64,000 nt of DNA from Octopus bimaculoides (lineage: Eukaryota). A model generated the notes under the pieces. The model was not told the DNA's origin, made no database searches, and worked only from the letters and a program-made list of their open reading frames with translations. Shown piece after piece: positions 59,850-64,000 of the stretch. The number at the start of each line of letters is the position of its first letter. Position 1 is the stretch's first letter. Location of the stretch: NCBI RefSeq assembly GCF_001194135.2, contig NC_069008.1:16286354-16350353 (forward strand). The letters are read 5' to 3'. The translations under genes were made by a program, and so were the position numbers.

Positions 59850-60030
59850 TAGATCTGTCCTGTAAAATAGGGAACAACCAATTAACGATATAAAGCTGTG
59901 ATCAAATGAAATATTTAATTGGTGATGGAACACCAACCCTAAAATATATAGATCACCCTGTCTTATCTACAAACATTAACGTTCACCTTAACATGAGATA
60001 ATTAGAATATAATTATGACATGATTAAATT
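59850..60030 (-). promoter_or_regulatory. Module B upstream of B3 (shortened)
   Basis: Matches 40850-41030 and 50880-51040. Confidence 0.45.
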
Positions 60031-60477
60031 AAATCAAGGCGATGTTTACCAAATCAATTTTGTCCCTTCTCTTCTTCCGTACATGTTGTTGATATTTTGT
60101 TCTCTCTTTTGAATTATACCGGAGATATAAGTTAATAGTCCTTATCAGAATTTATTACATTCACAAAACGCTTTTAATTATACGAATTTGATTCTTTAAC
60201 CGTTACTAATTTATTTGTTTTCCGCTATAACTAAATTATAATTGAAAAATTCTCTATTACTTTACGTTAGCTAATTATCCTAATAACATTCACGTTGTTA
60301 AATATTCTAATATTTTTACTTTTATGAAGATATTTTTTTTTCGAAACTTCGAGAGACATGGAATAGATCGTCTTAGCAATGGATCTCAAACTAGATAAAG
60401 CTAAAATAATAGCACGTAAAATGCTGGATTAAAAAAAAAACGCTTTGGATAAACAAAAGAATATTACAGTCGACATC

Positions 60478-60588
60478 CATGGCTGTGTCAAAAAGCTTCT
60501 TTCCCAACCACATGGTTCCGGGTTCAGTCCCAGTGCGTGGCACTTTGGGCAAGTGTCTTCTACTATAGCCTCGGGCCGATCAAAGCCC
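60478..60588 (+). mobile_element. Truncated SINE (GGAGTGGCTGTGTGG family)
   Basis: Matches 41100-41210. Confidence 0.8.
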
Positions 60589-60761
60589 AATGTCACTCAC
60601 TTATCATTGATTATATAAAATATACTGCTAGGAGATTGTCACTACACTGTTGTATCTTCTTTGTTATTTTGTGTTAATACATTTGTGGTCTATATCTTTT
60701 AGCATACAATGAGGTTTTTTTTTTTTTTAACCATGATATATAGTTAAATATATAGTTAGTC

Positions 60762-61604
<843 letters not shown>

Positions 61605-62921
61605 TCACCAACCGTCTCTCCCATTCTGCTATTCTTCATATTTCCATTCTACATTTTATTCCTAAAAAATATTTCTCCTGCTCCATTTGCATCAACTATC
61701 ACCACTGTTGGTATTTGGAGAAGGTGCAAATTTCTTTTTTAAAATTATCCAAGTATAATTTGAAGACATTTTGAACTGTGAAGCAGAGCAATGTTGCTAC
61801 TATTCTTACTTCAGAAGAAATATTTCACAGTTATTGACCATAGATTTATAGAAATAGGATTATATATCTCCTCTGTTTCACATTTTCCTTTAGACATTAA
61901 AAGGTGATGAATATTGATGAGATTATTTGATGGAAGCGATGTTTTGATGCCAATATCATCTGATTTTCTGAAACAAAAAGAAACAACAGTGTAAGACATA
62001 GAGAACATTTTAGAAATAGAGATGAAACAGTGAATATTTTACTGAATATATAGAGATATAGGTAGAATTCTGCTTTATAACCCCTCATAACTGTTTGGAG
62101 TTTTGGAATTTTCAGAAAATGTTTGCAAGTTTGTGTGCAACACATGGGAATTCAAACTACTACGCAAAAAAAACAACTTTTTTAAAATTTTTCAAAATTA
62201 AAAATTTTATTTTTTTAAACCGCAATTTAAAATAAGGACAGTCTAAAATTAATTTTTCAAACACTAATGTNNNNNNNNNNNNNNNNNNNNNNNNNNNNNN
62301 NNNNNNNNNNNNNNNNNNNNNNNNNNNNNNNNNNNNNNNNNNNNNNNNNNNNNNNNNNNNNNNNNNNNNNNNNNNNNNNNNNNNNNNNNNNNNNNNNNNN
62401 NNNNNNNNNNNNNNNNNNNNNNNNNNNNNNNNNNNNNNNNNNNNNNNNNNNNNNNNNNNNNNNNNNNNNNNNNNNNNNNNNNNNNNNNNNNNNNNNNNNN
62501 NNNNNNNNNNNNNNNNNNNNNNNNNNNNNNNNNNNNNNNNNNNNNNNNNNNNNNNNNNNNNNNNNNNNNNNNNNNNNNNNNNNNNNNNNNNNNNNNNNNN
62601 NNNNNNNNNNNNNNNNNNNNNNNNNNNNNNNNNNNNNNNNNNNNNNNNNNNNNNNNNNNNNNNNNNNNNNNNNNNNNNNNNNNNNNNNNNNNNNNNNNNN
62701 NNNNNNNNNNNNNNNNNNNNNNNNNNNNNNNNNNNNNNNNNNNNNNNNNNNNNNNNNNNNNNNNNNNNNNNNNNNNNNNNNNNNNNNNNNNNNNNNNNNN
62801 NNNNNNNNNNNNNNNNNNNNNNNNNNNNNNNNNNNNNNNNNNNNNNNNNNNNNNNNNNNNNNNNNNNNNNNNNNNNNNNNNNNNNNNNNNNNNNNNNNNN
62901 NNNNNNNNNNNNNNNNNNNNN

Positions 62922-63245
62922 GAGGCAAGTGAAATCGAACTAATTTCGAGGGCTGGCACCCATGCCAACGTCGTCTCCTTCATTGGACACGAAACTCGGA
63001 TTGCGAAGACCTGTTGAGGCAAGTGAAATCGAACTAATTTCGACGGCTGGCACCCATGCCAACGTCGTCTCCTTCATTGGACACTAAACTCTGCTTGCGA
63101 AGACCTGTTGAGGCAAGTGAAAGTGAAATCGTAATGGCACCTGTGCCCTGGCACGTGTAAAGACATTCGAGCGAGATCGTTGCCAGTGCCGCTGGACTGG
63201 CTCCTGTGCAGGTGGCACGTAAAATACACCATTTCGAGCGTGGCC
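62922..63245 (+). mobile_element. RTE-type 3' UTR with 94-bp tandem units
   Basis: GAGGCAAGTGAAA recurs at 62922, 63016 and 63110. Remainder matches 47150-47330. Confidence 0.7.
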
Positions 63246-63306
63246 TTCGGAATCTTATTCTGAAGGAATGTTTTTGTGAACTAGCATATGTCTTTTAAGT
63301 CTAGAT

Positions 63307-63308
<2 letters not shown>

Positions 63309-63354
<46 letters not shown>
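63309..63354. repeat. (GT)n microsatellite
   Basis: Direct inspection. Confidence 0.95.
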
Positions 63355-63356
<2 letters not shown>

Positions 63357-63643
63357 TAAAATAGAGTAGTTTTTGCGAAACATCGTGTGATATTATCTAC
63401 AAGAGACTTGCTGGTTAAGGCCAGAGCAATGCGAAGATACAAGGTATTTAGAATTCCGATCGTTGGGTAATGATGGTAGAAGGAAAATATAAGGGGGAGG
63501 GGTAGTAGAAAAGAGAAAGTGAAGATGAAGAGGTGGAAAAAGAGGAGTGTTTTGATGGAGGAAAATAAAATGTTGTACGCGGGTATAAGAAAAGAATCAA
63601 TGACATCTAAGACAAATACAACCACTGGCATAATGTATATCTT

Positions 63644-63783
63644 ACCTGTTATGCTATATAAATTAATATTTAGTAGGGAAATAGATGTAATTAGGTAAAT
63701 ATGCGTCCAAAGTTACAAAACACTCCGGTGTTATCGCTTTCAAGAATGGTTGCAGACGAAACGGAAGTACGGTGTCATGTGAC
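63644..63783 (-). promoter_or_regulatory. Promoter cassette and non-coding exon 1 of A7
   Basis: GTCATGTGAC 63774-63783, CGGAAGT 63762-63768, donor at 63645. Confidence 0.68.
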
Positions 63784-63795
63784 AAAAACACACAT

Positions 63796-63832
<37 letters not shown>

Positions 63833-63935
63833 AGTAGATAGAGAGATAGATAGATAGATGGATGGATAGACAGAGAGAGAGAGAGAGAGAGAAAGAGATA
63901 GATAGATAGAGAGAGAGAGAGAAGTAGATAGAGAG

Positions 63936-63967
<32 letters not shown>

Positions 63968-64000
63968 AGAGAGAGAAAGAGAGAGAGAGATAGAGAAAGA
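63796..64000. repeat. Compound (GATA)n/(GA)n microsatellite directly upstream of the A7 cassette
   Basis: Direct inspection. Confidence 0.95.

Overview
AT-rich animal genomic DNA with several N gaps. The repeat content and zinc-finger style suggest a coleoid cephalopod, probably an octopus (inference). The window holds a tandem cluster of 11 single-coding-exon poly-C2H2 zinc-finger genes, labelled here for reference. Subfamily A (A0-A7) starts MSKELGKS-like and mostly ends ...HASIHVKV. Subfamily B (B1-B3) shares a 23-aa N-terminal peptide and an acidic first finger. No KRAB, SCAN or ZAD domain is recognisable. A-type genes share an upstream cassette: an invariant GTCACATGAC E-box, an ACTTCCG ETS site, a short non-coding exon 1 with a CAG|GTAAG donor, and a distant TTTCAG acceptor followed by a leader of about 420 nt. 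An eighth copy of the cassette at 57.1-57.4 kb has no gene of its own. Ghost upstream/start regions of B genes lie between the A genes. Several arrays are cut short by frameshifts or deletions and keep decayed tails. Intergenic DNA is packed with tRNA-derived SINEs, RTE LINE pieces, Penelope-like ends, mariner/Tc1 and hAT remnants, a CRE-like endonuclease fragment, and three families of GG...CC MITEs with 8-bp TSDs (Merlin-like). All alignments, identities and family assignments were made by eye.
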